A stretch of 64,000 bases of DNA from Candidatus Obscuribacterales bacterium (GCA_965228855.1 CBDDIJ010000002.1:480001-544000); one strand, 5' to 3'. Counted from the stretch's first letter, positions 10,446-20,952 are shown. The notes: generated by a model from the letters alone, not told the origin. Made by a program: numbers and translations.

Positions 10446-11498
10446 TTACTTGCCCTTGGCGCGACCGACCACCGGGACCTGGGACTCGACCGCCGTGATG
10501 AACGTGTCGGTCTGGAAGCGATCGAACGTCGCTTCCTGAGTCAGGATGAGGCGGTGACGGACGGCGTCGCGGTAGACCGACTTGACGTCATCCGGCTCGA
10601 TGTGAGTCCGGCCGTCGAGCCAGGCGTTGCAGGCGGCGCCCTTCTGCACCCAGATGCCGAGACGCGGCGAGGCACCGTAGGCGATGCGCTCTTCGAACGA
10701 CTTACCCTCGGCGTCGCGGATCTTGCCGAACGACGGGTCGGTCGGACGAGTGGCGCGCATCAGGTCGACGATGTACTCGCGGATGGCGTCCGAAGCGTTG
10801 TCGACGACCTGCTGGACTTCCGTGCGGATGGCGCGGAGGTCGGACAGATCCATGACCGGCTCGACCTTCTCGGTGGCGTTGCGACCGTGGACCTGGGTGT
10901 TGGCCAGGACCTTGATCTCGTCGGCGCGCGAGACGTAGCCCATCATGATCTTGAACATGAAGCGGTCGAGCTGCGCTTCCGGCAGAGCGAAGGTGCCTTC
11001 CTGCTCGACCGGGTTGATGGTCGCCATGACCATGAACGGATCGGGCAGCATGATGCGCGGCACGCCGGGGATGTCGGCGAAGCGCTCCTGCATCGGCTGC
11101 AGCAGGGCAGCCTGGGTCAGGGCGATGCCGCGGTTGAGCTCGTCGGCCAGGAGCAGGTTGACGGCCGACTTGTAGTTGGCGTCGACGGCGCCCAGGAGCG
11201 GGCCGGGAACGAAGTCGTACTTGCCGGTGACGGGGTTGAAGACCCGCGTGCCCTTCACGTCGGAGGGCTTCAGGTCCGGGTCGAACTGGATGCGGCCGGA
11301 GGTCGCACCGTCGATGGTCTTCTGCAGGGTGTTGATCATCAGAGTCTTGGCCAGACCGGGCATCGACTCCAGAAGCACGTGACCGTCGGCCATCAGGGCG
11401 AGGGTGAGGGCGCGCTTCACGGGGGTGTAACCGACGATCACCTTGTCCATCTCGGTGGACAGGGCGTTCGCCTTGATAACGAGCTGATTCTTAGACAT
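10446..11498 (-). CDS. moxR: MoxR family AAA+ ATPase (MxaR-like)
   Basis: HVLLESMPGLAKT Walker A, RIQF.PDL.PSD, LLADELNR, ATINPVEQEGTFALPEAQLDRF. Confidence 0.93.
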   Translation of the reverse strand: MSKNQLVIKANALSTEMDKVIVGYTPVKRALTLALMADGHVLLESMPGLAKTLMINTLQKTIDGATSGRIQFDPDLKPSDVKGTRVFNPVTGKYDFVPGPLLGAVDANYKSAVNLLLADELNRGIALTQAALLQPMQERFADIPGVPRIMLPDPFMVMATINPVEQEGTFALPEAQLDRFMFKIMMGYVSRADEIKVLANTQVHGRNATEKVEPVMDLSDLRAIRTEVQQVVDNASDAIREYIVDLMRATRPTDPSFGKIRDAEGKSFEERIAYGASPRLGIWVQKGAACNAWLDGRTHIEPDDVKSVYRDAVRHRLILTQEATFDRFQTDTFITAVESQVPVVGRAKGK

Positions 11499-11600
11499 GG
11501 TCGTAATCTCCGTTTGGGATTTGAGAGAAAGGTTGCTACGAAAGAGGCGGACCATCGGGTCCGCCTCTAGAGGTTTGCGTTGGACGAAACACTGGAGTCG

Positions 11601-12677
11601 TTAGCGAACCAGGTCCTTCCTGGGCAAGACTCCTCGGATGAACAAGCCGGTCAGAAGGATGATCGCCAGCCCCAGGGGGTACTGGAAGATCGGATCCTCT
11701 TTGGTCTCGGCTTTGCTTCCACCGAGGGAGGCTGCCCAGCTGATTTTCAGCTCGCCGCCGTTACCCGGATCGAGTGGAAGGTACTCGGCGCCAGACATGG
11801 CGACGAGCTTCGAGAGATTGCTCTCCTCACGGCCGGACAGCGACACCTTGCCTTCCTCCTGGAAGTATCCGGTGAGCTGCCCTTCCTTGTTGTATTCGGG
11901 AATCGGCGACGGCGAAAGCGAGCCGACGCCGACGACGATGAAGCGAATGCCCTTTTCCCGAATCTTCGCGACCGCGTCGGCGAGAATCTTCTCGTCGCCG
12001 GTGAAGCCGCCGTCGGAGAACAGGACGATGACCTGCTGCCGATTGGCGACCTTGTCGCGGTCCAGCATCGCCAGAGCCATGGTCAGACCTTCGGCGTAAT
12101 CGGAACCGCCGCCAGGGGCGTTGCCGACACGAATCCAGTTGTCCATGACCCACTTGGTCGACGTCCAGTCGTCGGTGAGGGGAATCTGCTCGAAGCCGTT
12201 GCCCGAGTAGGTGACGATGCCGAGCTGGTTTCCGATGATCGCAGGCATGACCTGCGTCTGGAGAATCAGCTTGGTGTAGTCGAGGCGGTTGCCGTACGGT
12301 CCCGGCACCAGGTCAGGCGTGTAGCCGTTCTTCGAGGGCATGAACGGGCGGTATTCCTCCGCCGCCATGCTCTTCGAGACGTCGATCACGCCCACGACCT
12401 GCAAGCTCCCCGCCCGAACATTGGTGGGCAGAGACTTGGAGATGGGACCGGCGGCGGCAGCCACCATAAGCGCGACCGCGATTGCCCACACAGAGGCAAT
12501 CGCGACTTCGCCCGCGAACCTGACTGCGCGCGTGTAGCGCGACACCAGCTTCTCTTCGCCGTATGCCGCACGAGCCTTGCGCCGGAGGTCGTACCCCAGG
12601 TAGCAAAGCCCGTACACAGCAGGGACGACCAGCAAGAGCGCTGTCAGGTAGTGCGGACGCAGGAATGTGATATCCAT
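11601..12677 (-). CDS. VWA domain membrane protein (MxaL/BatB-like)
   Basis: N-terminal TMs, MIDAS DVSKSM, VLFSDG, C-terminal TM. Confidence 0.85.
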   Translation of the reverse strand: MDITFLRPHYLTALLLVVPAVYGLCYLGYDLRRKARAAYGEEKLVSRYTRAVRFAGEVAIASVWAIAVALMVAAAAGPISKSLPTNVRAGSLQVVGVIDVSKSMAAEEYRPFMPSKNGYTPDLVPGPYGNRLDYTKLILQTQVMPAIIGNQLGIVTYSGNGFEQIPLTDDWTSTKWVMDNWIRVGNAPGGGSDYAEGLTMALAMLDRDKVANRQQVIVLFSDGGFTGDEKILADAVAKIREKGIRFIVVGVGSLSPSPIPEYNKEGQLTGYFQEEGKVSLSGREESNLSKLVAMSGAEYLPLDPGNGGELKISWAASLGGSKAETKEDPIFQYPLGLAIILLTGLFIRGVLPRKDLVR

Positions 12678-12689
12678 AGCGTCTTCTCC

Positions 12690-13307
12690 TTACAGAGTGT
12701 TGGGCTTGCCTTTGCCGGGCTGGTCGCCAGGTTCCTGTCCAGGAGCCTGCTTCTTGCCTTGTCCGGGCTGAGGCTTGCCTTTGCCTTTGCCCTTGCCCTG
12801 ACCTTCGGCCTGCTGTTTGTTGTTCTTGAAGAGAAGCTCCAGGTCGTACTTGACCTGCAGGGCTTGCTCCTCCAGGCGAACGACGTCTTCCTTCGTCACC
12901 TGCTCGAAGCCGGGGACGTTGGCATAGTCGTTGCCGGGGTTGAGCCGAAGCGATTCCTTGAAGGCCTCGACGGCGGGCTCAGCCTGCCGGAGTCTCAGGA
13001 GCGCTTTGGCTTTGTGGAACTGCGCGAGAGCCGCACGTTCACGGGAAGGCGCCGGGTACAGGAAGCGCTCCATCCAGGACGACGCCCGGACGCGCTGCTT
13101 GTACACCGCCACGGAACGGTCGAACGCTTCGATCGCGCCCTTCATCCCGTCTTCGTCCTGCGCGGTCTGGTACATGGTGAGACCGACGTTGTAGTACGCC
13201 GCCTGGGCGTCCTGCCACGTCAGAAGGCGGAATCCGAATCCGCCGACAAGCAAGCCGCCGACGAGAATCGCCAGCAGCCACAATCGTGATTTGCTGAAAA
13301 ATTTCAT
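12690..13307 (-). CDS. TPR protein (MxaK/BatC-like)
   Basis: TM anchor, AVEAFKESLRLNP...KYDLELL, low-complexity G/Q/K tail. Confidence 0.75.
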   Translation of the reverse strand: MKFFSKSRLWLLAILVGGLLVGGFGFRLLTWQDAQAAYYNVGLTMYQTAQDEDGMKGAIEAFDRSVAVYKQRVRASSWMERFLYPAPSRERAALAQFHKAKALLRLRQAEPAVEAFKESLRLNPGNDYANVPGFEQVTKEDVVRLEEQALQVKYDLELLFKNNKQQAEGQGKGKGKGKPQPGQGKKQAPGQEPGDQPGKGKPNTL

Positions 13308-13334
13308 TTTCAGGTTTCTCCTAAAGGTTAGCTG

Positions 13335-14318
13335 TTAGGCGTCCTCGCGGACGAGTGCAGCGGCTACGAGGAAGAGGCAGAGCACGAGCCCGGCGCCAAT
13401 CAGGAAGAACTGATAGATGTCGCGATAGCTCACGGTCTTCTCGACCTCAACACGGGATTTCTCGAGTTCGGAGATCTTCTGGAAGCCGGCCTTCATGTCG
13501 GCGCCGTTTCCGACGACGATCACCTGACCGCCAGTGGCTTCCGTGATCTTGCGCAGGTCGTTTTCCGCATTGGGATTGGACCAGCCGATCGCGAGCGTGT
13601 AGATCTTGATGCCGCCCGCTTGCAACATCGGAAGGAGCTGTTGCATGCGCTCCTCCGGAATGGAGTCCTCACCATCGGTGACCATGATGAGAACCTTCGA
13701 CTGAGCCTGACCGAGCTCCTTGAAGTGGTCGACTGCAGCCTGGATGGGACCGGACTCACTGGAGAAGTCGGTGCCACCGCCGTTGTAGGTGCCGGTGCGG
13801 CCCACGTTCTTGAGCTCGATCACGCGCAGGTCCTTCGAAAGGGGCCAGCTGTAATAGACGCTCGTGTCGAACATGAACAGCGCGACGCGATCACCTTCCC
13901 GTTCCTTGACGAACAGGCTGATCGCCTTTTCGGCGAGCTGGATGCGTTTGACGGTCTGAACCGGTTGTCCAGCCGCATCCTTCACTTCACCAGCGACAGC
14001 GAGCTGGTCCGGGTCAGAAATCTGACCTTGCATCGAACCAGAGATGTCGACTGCGATGATGAAGTCACGAGTAATGATCACCTCTTTCTCGCCGACGTCG
14101 GGCAGCTGCGGTCGCGACATGGCGAGGGCAGCGAGCACGAAGAATGCGACAAGAAGGATCTGAGGCAGACGTCCCACGAGGGGAACGGAACGCACGTTGC
14201 CGTGCATGCCGACTTGCGTGTGCCCCAAAGCTCTCCGGCGCCGGTATGCCAGCCACAAGGCGGGCACAGCCAGAAGCGCCAGCAGCATAAACTGCGGGTA
14301 TGCGAACGTGATGGGCAT
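13335..14318 (-). CDS. VWA domain membrane protein (MxaC/BatA-like)
   Basis: F.YP..LLALL N-terminus, ALAMSRPQ, MIDAS DISGSM, GDRVALF.F, MVTDGED; GGAG SD before ATG 14318. Confidence 0.88.
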   Translation of the reverse strand: MPITFAYPQFMLLALLAVPALWLAYRRRRALGHTQVGMHGNVRSVPLVGRLPQILLVAFFVLAALAMSRPQLPDVGEKEVIITRDFIIAVDISGSMQGQISDPDQLAVAGEVKDAAGQPVQTVKRIQLAEKAISLFVKEREGDRVALFMFDTSVYYSWPLSKDLRVIELKNVGRTGTYNGGGTDFSSESGPIQAAVDHFKELGQAQSKVLIMVTDGEDSIPEERMQQLLPMLQAGGIKIYTLAIGWSNPNAENDLRKITEATGGQVIVVGNGADMKAGFQKISELEKSRVEVEKTVSYRDIYQFFLIGAGLVLCLFLVAAALVREDA

Positions 14319-15260
14319 GTTAGCGCTCCAAGTTAGGAAATTTTTGCGATTACCCAAGACAGCAAGGATGCAGGGCATCCAAGCTGGAGGTTTGTAACTG
14401 GATGCAACCGTATGGAACAAGTCCATCCAGATGCAAACAGACCGATAGAGCCCGCAGCGCAAGCCGCGAACTCAGAGGTCGTGCTGAGGTTACCGTCGCC
14501 GAGGCAACTCGTGTCGCCGCGGTGAGAACGATGGCTCGAACAGTTGTTCTCGTTGGCGGACTCACCGACGGCAAGGTAGTGACCCGAATAGAGATTCGGA
14601 GACAGGAGAGGTTGCTCTGCTGTCTGCGAACATCCGGATCACGTGCAGCTCGCTAGGGAGCTGGATTGCTATTGGTCGGAACTGAGAGAGGATGAGCCGT
14701 GTGGATGTGAAACAGTAACCTTAAGGAAAGATGAATGGATGCATTCAATGTACTAAAAGGCAGATATCGAGACAAACCTATAAAACACTAATGAGATCCT
14801 GAACTAGCTCGCATATACATGCATCTCTTGGCCTGCAGCGCTTACAAGACGTTCGCTCACACGGTTTCCGTAACCCCCCGGGCAGCAGCGGAAACGCCCA
14901 TCTACTGACAACTTGAGCACTTTAGATATTTCGTGAACGGTCGGTCAAACAATCCTCTTGATAACATCACGGGCTGCCACTCTTAATAGGTTTCCAAGAA
15001 GTGTTGATATTTAGCGCAGCTTCACGACTGGGCATGTTTAGATATTAGCGCCGCTCGCGCCAACAATCTTAGCCTTTCCTTAACAATTGGGCTCTAAAAT
15101 GTAAAGAGTTTGTCATGCCTCCACGGGCGGTGCCGTATTTGGTACCACCGTGAGCCTTCCGGAACACGAGCCGAAAGCAACTGTTTTTCAAGGTTTAATG
15201 CGCGCAAAACCGCTTGAAACTTGAGCGAGCTAACCCATAACTTTCACCAAGCTGAGCGCG

Positions 15261-16340
15261 TCACAGCTCCACCCGGCAACTCAAGACTGTCTTCGAATCG
15301 TTGCTTTTGCAGCCAAGCTCAATAAGACGCATGACAGCCAGAGCATCGTCGGGCACCACCGGATTCGCAGCGCCATTTCGAAGAGCATCTCGCACACCGG
15401 AATAATAAGCGAGATAATCGCCTCGTTCTGTCGACAGTGAATTCGAGACGAGAGCGGCGCCATCAACCAGCCCGGAGGCGATGGTGAGCAGACCATCTCT
15501 GCCATCAACTCCGAAATCCTTATTGTGAACATCGATTTTTCGCTTCAAAGCATCCTCTTGGGTGTCCAGTCCGAATTTGATGTAGCTGCCGAGCTTCCCA
15601 TGAATAGTGAATCTCGGTGAATCCGCCGCCACCAGAGCGCCGCCATGAAGGACAGCACGCATTTTCCCGTAGCGCAAAACCACATGGAAATAATCCACGG
15701 ACTGAGCCTGGTCGCGCTGCATCTCCAGGTCCGCTTGAATGGCGTCCGGCATACCAAATAATTGCAGCACCTGATCGAGCAGGTGAGGTCCCAGGTCATA
15801 CCAGATGCCGGAAGCCGCCCCGGCTTGTTCGCGCCAGCGTTGCCTTACCTCCGGACGATAGCGATCGAAGTGCGACTCAAAATGCATCACATCTCCCAAT
15901 GCTCCCTCTTCCAGAAGTCGACGAACAGTCAGAAAATCGCTGTCCCATCTGCGATTATGAAAAACAGAAAGAAAGCGATTCTGCTCTCGAGCAAGCTTAA
16001 TGAGTTCCTCCGCCTCCGAGCTGGTCGTCGTAAAAGGTTTATCAACGACAACATGCTTTCCGGCAAGAAGCGCTCTTTTCGCCAGATCGTAATGAGTGTC
16101 GTTCGGCGTAGCCACTACAACCAGTTCTACGTCGTTGTCGGCAAAGACCTGATCATGACTAGCGCTAACTGCAACTTGCGGAAAATCTTCTCTGACTTTG
16201 CGCTCGTCGCTAGAAACCACCGCAGCCAAACGCAATCCAGAAACGCCCATGATGAGCGGAGCATGGAATGTTTTACCAGCGTAGCCATATCCGAAAAGGG
16301 CGACATTGATGCCGTCAGATCTATTCATACTCGGTCTCAT
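15261..16340 (-). CDS. ydgJ: Gfo/Idh/MocA oxidoreductase (YdgJ-like)
   Basis: GYGYAGKTFHAP, GKHVVVDKP, FHNRRWDSDF, DLGPHLLDQ. Confidence 0.88.
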   Translation of the reverse strand: MRPSMNRSDGINVALFGYGYAGKTFHAPLIMGVSGLRLAAVVSSDERKVREDFPQVAVSASHDQVFADNDVELVVVATPNDTHYDLAKRALLAGKHVVVDKPFTTTSSEAEELIKLAREQNRFLSVFHNRRWDSDFLTVRRLLEEGALGDVMHFESHFDRYRPEVRQRWREQAGAASGIWYDLGPHLLDQVLQLFGMPDAIQADLEMQRDQAQSVDYFHVVLRYGKMRAVLHGGALVAADSPRFTIHGKLGSYIKFGLDTQEDALKRKIDVHNKDFGVDGRDGLLTIASGLVDGAALVSNSLSTERGDYLAYYSGVRDALRNGAANPVVPDDALAVMRLIELGCKSNDSKTVLSCRVEL

Positions 16341-16875
16341 GAAAGGGGAACGCTATTCTCTCAAAGTACCGGGCGGTAAGTCGCGAGCGGTTTCAAACTG
16401 AACGGTTAGATGAACTGATTCGCGAGCTAGCGCAGGCGAAGATCAAGATTGAATAATTGCTGATATCGGGCGTAAAACGGGCTTCTCACATATAAGAAGA
16501 GCTCTAGACTCTGTCATAGATTGATTTTGAGACTTCACAGAAGTTCTATGTTCTTGACAACATATCTAAAGCTTTGCTATCCCAAGATACACTCTACTTT
16601 TTCTGCTTCAGGTAACCATTACCAACACCCAAATAGTCTAACCAAACTTATTTGAGAACCTCTCGTGCGACCTCCCGGTGCGCTTGAGGAACAAGGTGTT
16701 GCAGAAAAACGAAGCGTCTGGCGCGTGTCAGGGGCTTCTGAGTGCTTTTTTGAACCTGGTTCGCATCGGTGTGAAACGGTCGGCAGCTTGCAGGACTGGC
16801 GCGAATTTCTCGCGTTTGTTCTGGAGCGCCACCATTCTGCACCCGTGCGAGCTCAACCTTCGGAGACCGAATCGT

Positions 16876-18105
16876 ATGGGACTGAGAATCCTTATGCTCG
16901 CCTGGGAATACCCGCCCCGGCTCGTTGGCGGCCTTGCCCGCGTTGTTTGTGCCGTTTCACGTGAACTCGTTCGACAGGGACACGAAGTCCATGTCATCAC
17001 GTCGAACTTCGAAGGCACTGACGAACACTCGATGGACCAGGGTGTTCACGTTCACCGCGTCAAGACCCAGACCGGTCCCAATGGCGCCGACATGGAGACG
17101 CCCGACTTCCTGACCTGGGATGCCAGGCTCAATTTCGGCATTCTCCAGTACGCCATCAAGCTGCAGCTCGAGCAGCCGTTCGACATCGTGCATGCGCACG
17201 ACTGGCTCGTGGCCGACGCTGGCTGGGTGATGAAGTCCTTCGGCGTGCCGATGATTTCGACCATCCACGCGACCGAATTCGGCCGCAACCACCAGTCGAT
17301 CCCGAACCCGAGCAGCAAGTACATCGACGACATCGAGTGGCGCCTGATTTACGAATCGGGCCATGTGATTGTGAACAGCAAGCACATGCACCGCGAGGTC
17401 GTCGACCACTTCCACGCGCCCGCCGACAAGGTCTCGGTCATCCCCAACGGGATCGAACCGGACCGCCTGAAGTGCGACGCCGGCAAGTTCGAGCTTCGCG
17501 AGAAGCACGGCGTCGGCGACGGACCGATGATTCTGTTCGTGGGTCGCCTCGTTCAGGAGAAGGGCATTCAGGTTCTGCTTCAGGCTGCCCCGCGCATCCT
17601 CGAGAAGCATCCCGATGCCACCGTCATGATCGCGGGCACCGGCTACTTCATGGACGACCTGCAGCGCAAAGTCGCGGAGCTGGGAATCGGCAACAACGTC
17701 CGGTTCTTCGGTCACGCCGACGACAAGTCGCTGCCGGAACTCTACAAGATGGCCGACATCTGCGTGGTGCCGAGCCTCTATGAGCCCTTCGGCATCGTCG
17801 CGCTCGAAGGCATGGCGGCTTCCCTGCCGACCGTGACTTCCGACAACGGCGGCCTGACCGACATCATCCAGCACATGGAGAACGGGCTCACCACCTTCGC
17901 CGGCGATTCCGACAGCCTGGCGTGGGGTCTGCTGCAGGTTCTGGACTCTCCGGAACTGGCGGAGAAGGTCGGACAGCGCGCCCGCGCTCACGTGCTCGAG
18001 CACTACTCCTGGGAGGCGATCACCACCAAGACGGTGGCTGCCTATCAGGACGTGATCGAGAACGCGAAGCGTCCGCGCGACATCTCGAGCGACTCGGCCG
18101 AATAA
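16876..18105 (+). CDS. Glycosyltransferase family 4
   Basis: WEYPPRLVGGLAR, HAHDWL, TIHATE.GR, FVGRL..EKG, PSLYEPFGIVALE. Confidence 0.92.
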   Translation: MGLRILMLAWEYPPRLVGGLARVVCAVSRELVRQGHEVHVITSNFEGTDEHSMDQGVHVHRVKTQTGPNGADMETPDFLTWDARLNFGILQYAIKLQLEQPFDIVHAHDWLVADAGWVMKSFGVPMISTIHATEFGRNHQSIPNPSSKYIDDIEWRLIYESGHVIVNSKHMHREVVDHFHAPADKVSVIPNGIEPDRLKCDAGKFELREKHGVGDGPMILFVGRLVQEKGIQVLLQAAPRILEKHPDATVMIAGTGYFMDDLQRKVAELGIGNNVRFFGHADDKSLPELYKMADICVVPSLYEPFGIVALEGMAASLPTVTSDNGGLTDIIQHMENGLTTFAGDSDSLAWGLLQVLDSPELAEKVGQRARAHVLEHYSWEAITTKTVAAYQDVIENAKRPRDISSDSAE

Positions 18106-18287
18106 ACCGACGCTCAACGGGCGCCACTGCCAGTGGTGCCTGACCGGTAGTGAAGGTCGCTCTCCTCTGTGGCAAAACCGCACGAGAGCGACCTTTGCTT
18201 TCTTTCCTGGAATGCTTCTTCTTTCGCCGAAGGCGACCGACACAGTCGCCTTTCAAATTCGAACGAAACAAACGCAGGATTTCCAAG

Positions 18288-18713
18288 ATGACAACCTTCC
18301 TCAAGCTGCTCGGAAGTGCAATCGGTGCGGTCGTCGGCTTTGTCATGCTCGTCGCATTTCGCGGCATGCTTGCACCGCTTCTCAACGAGGGCTCCGCCCT
18401 CATGATCGCCGTCATCCTCGGCATCGTCGGACTGGCGATCGGTACCACGATCGGCGCCTACGAGAAGGATAACGGTCCGGTCGGCATCCTCAAGGCTAAC
18501 CTCGTGGGCGTCGGCTTCCTGATCGCGATGGCCGTGAGCGTCATCCTCGCGTGGTTCGCCATCACGATGCTGGTCCCGCGCGCCGAACCCCTGACGATGA
18601 CCTGGCTCGGCGCCTTCTCGCTGGTGCGCGCCATCCTCTTCGTCGCCGTCCCGGCAAGCAGCGGTTTCTTCATCGCCGGCAAGCTCGCTTCCACTTCCAA
18701 AACCTCGGCATAA
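18288..18713 (+). CDS. Hypothetical membrane protein (about 4 TM)
   Basis: Hydrophobic ORF with biased codon use; start taken at ATG 18288. Confidence 0.7.
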   Translation: MTTFLKLLGSAIGAVVGFVMLVAFRGMLAPLLNEGSALMIAVILGIVGLAIGTTIGAYEKDNGPVGILKANLVGVGFLIAMAVSVILAWFAITMLVPRAEPLTMTWLGAFSLVRAILFVAVPASSGFFIAGKLASTSKTSA

Positions 18714-18723
18714 GGAACTAACG

Positions 18724-19059
18724 ATGCATCAACTCGAGTTCGTCGTGGACCTGCTGGTCTGGTCCTTCCTCAGCGGCTTCGTCGGCGTCGTCGTCGGCCA
18801 GCTGCTCCCCAGCCGCGTGGCCAGCCTCCGGGTTGCCACCTGGATCTTCCTGGCTGCCTGGGCGGTGATCGTCACCACCGCAGTCGTCATGCTCGGTCTC
18901 GCCACATTCGTCGGCGACCCGAACCAATACGTGCCGGCCTGGCTCGTCGCCGGAGCTCTGCTCTCCTACGTCTTCGCCGCCGGCATCACCCGCGGTATCG
19001 ACATCCGCGCCGCCGGCTACTGGCGCTGGTTCCCCCGCACTCCGGTGCTGAAGAACTGA
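18724..19059 (+). CDS. Hypothetical membrane protein (3 TM)
   Basis: AAGGA SD, hydrophobic 111 aa, followed by a hairpin. Confidence 0.7.
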   Translation: MHQLEFVVDLLVWSFLSGFVGVVVGQLLPSRVASLRVATWIFLAAWAVIVTTAVVMLGLATFVGDPNQYVPAWLVAGALLSYVFAAGITRGIDIRAAGYWRWFPRTPVLKN

Positions 19060-19070
19060 ACTGATACGAC

Positions 19071-19102
19071 GGTGCAGCGAACCCCTTTCGCTGCACCGTT
19101 TC
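19071..19102 (+). terminator. 3' hairpin/terminator of the GT4 operon
   Basis: GGTGCAGCGAA-cccct-TTCGCTGCACC then GTTT. Confidence 0.6.
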
Positions 19103-19244
19103 CTCCAAATCTTCCTACTATATTCCGGCGTATACGCGAAGACCCCCTACTATATTCCGGCGTATCCGGAGATGTCCGGCGAAGCTGCATCGACAGCAGT
19201 CTTAAGACCTGCGACTCCGCGATGGAGTGTGGGAAAGGGCAATT

Positions 19245-19296
19245 TGTCTACGGTACGTTGCCGAAATTCGGCAAATCTGTCTACGCACGATAGACA
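19245..19296. repeat. 52-bp palindromic element, copy E3
   Basis: TGTCTA 19245-19250, TTGCCG, TGTCTA (inner), TAGACA 19291-19296; CTACTATA at 19115 and 19147; TATAGTAA at 19377 and 19424. Confidence 0.85.
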
Positions 19297-19438
19297 AGAG
19301 CAGACGCGTCCGAACAGGCGAAGCGACCCGACCCTCCCGCTGCAGCCCTCGCCGCGATTCTATTTATCCTATCGTATATAGTAACATGGCTATTGGCGCC
19401 ACTGTTTCACTTATCCTATCTTTTATAGTAATCAAACC

Positions 19439-19488
19439 AAAAAAAATGAAACCCAAAGATCCGCTGGTGAAGCGAATCCTTGGGTTTC
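19439..19488 (-). terminator. Intrinsic terminator of the prkA-spoVR block
   Basis: Minus strand GAAACCCAAGGAT...ATCTTTGGGTTTC followed by A-T8. Confidence 0.75.
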
Positions 19489-19512
19489 GAAACGGGGAAG
19501 GGCGACGACGGT

Positions 19513-20055
19513 TTACTTCACCGTGATGGTGAGCTTGTAGGTCGTGCCGGTCTTGCTGTCCTTGACGTAGCCGGAAGAACCGCCCCAATGGCTGTATTCC
19601 CAGCGCATCTGCCACTCCTCGATTTCGAGGGTGGTGGTGCCTTTCGCCAGAGCCTTGAACTTCAGCGTGCGGTAACCCGTGCTGTAGTTCTGACCCTGGG
19701 TGAAGTCGCCGCGATGAGTTTCGGAGATGAAACTCGAGTCGTGCGTGCGGCCGGTCCAGTACTCCTTGGCGCGCGACTCGTCGAGAGTGATCTCGAGTTC
19801 GTCGCCGACATTGAGCGAAGCCTTGCCGCCGTTGTCCTTCATGTTCTTCTTCAGGACCCAGTTCGAAGGAGTCCCCGTCGAGCCGGAACACGAGCCCTTG
19901 GTGCCCATGTCGGTCCGGCAGATCTCGCACTCGTCGAGATCCGTGCTGCACTGAGTGCAGAGCTTCTGGTAGTAGTTCGGAGTGGCAGCGGAGCAGTGGG
20001 CACAAGTGCCCGCCGCGCTTTGCCACGAATAACGCGTGCAGTTCGGACAGAGCAT
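19513..20055 (-). CDS. Cys-rich (putative Zn-binding) domain fused to a chagasin/I42-like protease inhibitor domain
   Basis: Four CxxC pairs, then DNG...LNVGDELEITLDES...W...RTLKFKALAKGTTTLEI...W. Confidence 0.65.
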   Translation of the reverse strand: MLCPNCTRYSWQSAAGTCAHCSAATPNYYQKLCTQCSTDLDECEICRTDMGTKGSCSGSTGTPSNWVLKKNMKDNGGKASLNVGDELEITLDESRAKEYWTGRTHDSSFISETHRGDFTQGQNYSTGYRTLKFKALAKGTTTLEIEEWQMRWEYSHWGGSSGYVKDSKTGTTYKLTITVK

Positions 20056-20099
20056 ATGCCTACCTCTCGTAGTTCAGACCATGTCAGGAGCGCCGGACC

Positions 20100-20170
20100 A
20101 AAAAAAAGGAGAACGGGAGCAGACAAGCGACTCAAGCTGACGCCGAGTCTCAAGCCTGCCCCCGCTTCCT
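20100..20170 (-). terminator. Intra-operon long hairpin + U-tract
   Basis: Minus strand AGGAAGCGGGGGCAGGCTTG...CTTGTCTGCTCCCGTTCTCC-T8. Confidence 0.6.
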
Positions 20171-20207
20171 AGCCCAGTCTCAGACGGGTCGGTTCAGGGA
20201 TGAACGG

Positions 20208-20858
20208 TTACTTGTCGCGCCGGCAGCACGAGCACCAGCGGGGCTCGATCTTCTCGGGCGGCACGATCTTGTGGAAGTTCGCCGCGACCATCTGGTTGTG
20301 GTCGTCGGGCGGGTTCATCTGGAACGCGACCTGGTCCTCATCGTACGGAGGAGGCACGACACCGGGGATGGGCGCCTGTTCCGTGAACTTCACGGAGACG
20401 ATCAGGAATCCGGTGATGTGCTCCGGCTGCGTGGACTCCAGCATGGCCAGAGCCTCGTCGCCGCCCACGACCACGTCGCGGACAGCGCCAGCCAGCACGT
20501 CGGGGGAGACGTCCTCGTCGAAGCCCTCGGTCGGCACTTCGGAAGCCGAAACTTCCTCGCAGACCATGGGCGAGCCGGCACCGCGGGCGGTGTCAGCGGC
20601 GGACTTGAACTCGAAGGCGCGACCATCCTGTCCCATCGCCAGCTCGGTGATGCCGGCCGGGATCTTGGCGGACAGAAGCGACTTCTGGTCGAGGGTGATG
20701 GCGACGTCGGTCGGGTGAGGCGTGATCAGCCGAACCTTGAACGGTCCGTGCGGAACCTTCACCAGGGTCAGCCCGCCCTCGAGCAAAACATTCAGCGGAA
20801 GCCGATTCGGCGTGTTGGCGTTCAACACGTCGATGGCAATGCCGTTTTTCGATTGCAT
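20208..20858 (-). CDS. Hypothetical protein with C-terminal CSCC motif
   Basis: 216-aa ORF, AAGGAG SD, biased codons. Confidence 0.7.
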   Translation of the reverse strand: MQSKNGIAIDVLNANTPNRLPLNVLLEGGLTLVKVPHGPFKVRLITPHPTDVAITLDQKSLLSAKIPAGITELAMGQDGRAFEFKSAADTARGAGSPMVCEEVSASEVPTEGFDEDVSPDVLAGAVRDVVVGGDEALAMLESTQPEHITGFLIVSVKFTEQAPIPGVVPPPYDEDQVAFQMNPPDDHNQMVAANFHKIVPPEKIEPRWCSCCRRDK

Positions 20859-20952
20859 CGTTTTGACTCCTTTAAGAGTTAGCCTGTTAGAGAAGACGAG
20901 AAAGGGAGAGCCGCATAGCGACTCCCCCTCAACAAGTCACGTTGACCTCGGC

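Noticed and set aside
14350..14656. Short ORFs in the leader of the VWA operon
   Set aside because: No SD or motif support; overlapping calls on both strands.
19114..19165. Direct repeats as a CRISPR remnant
   Set aside because: Only two 20-nt units with a 12-nt gap, and no cas genes.
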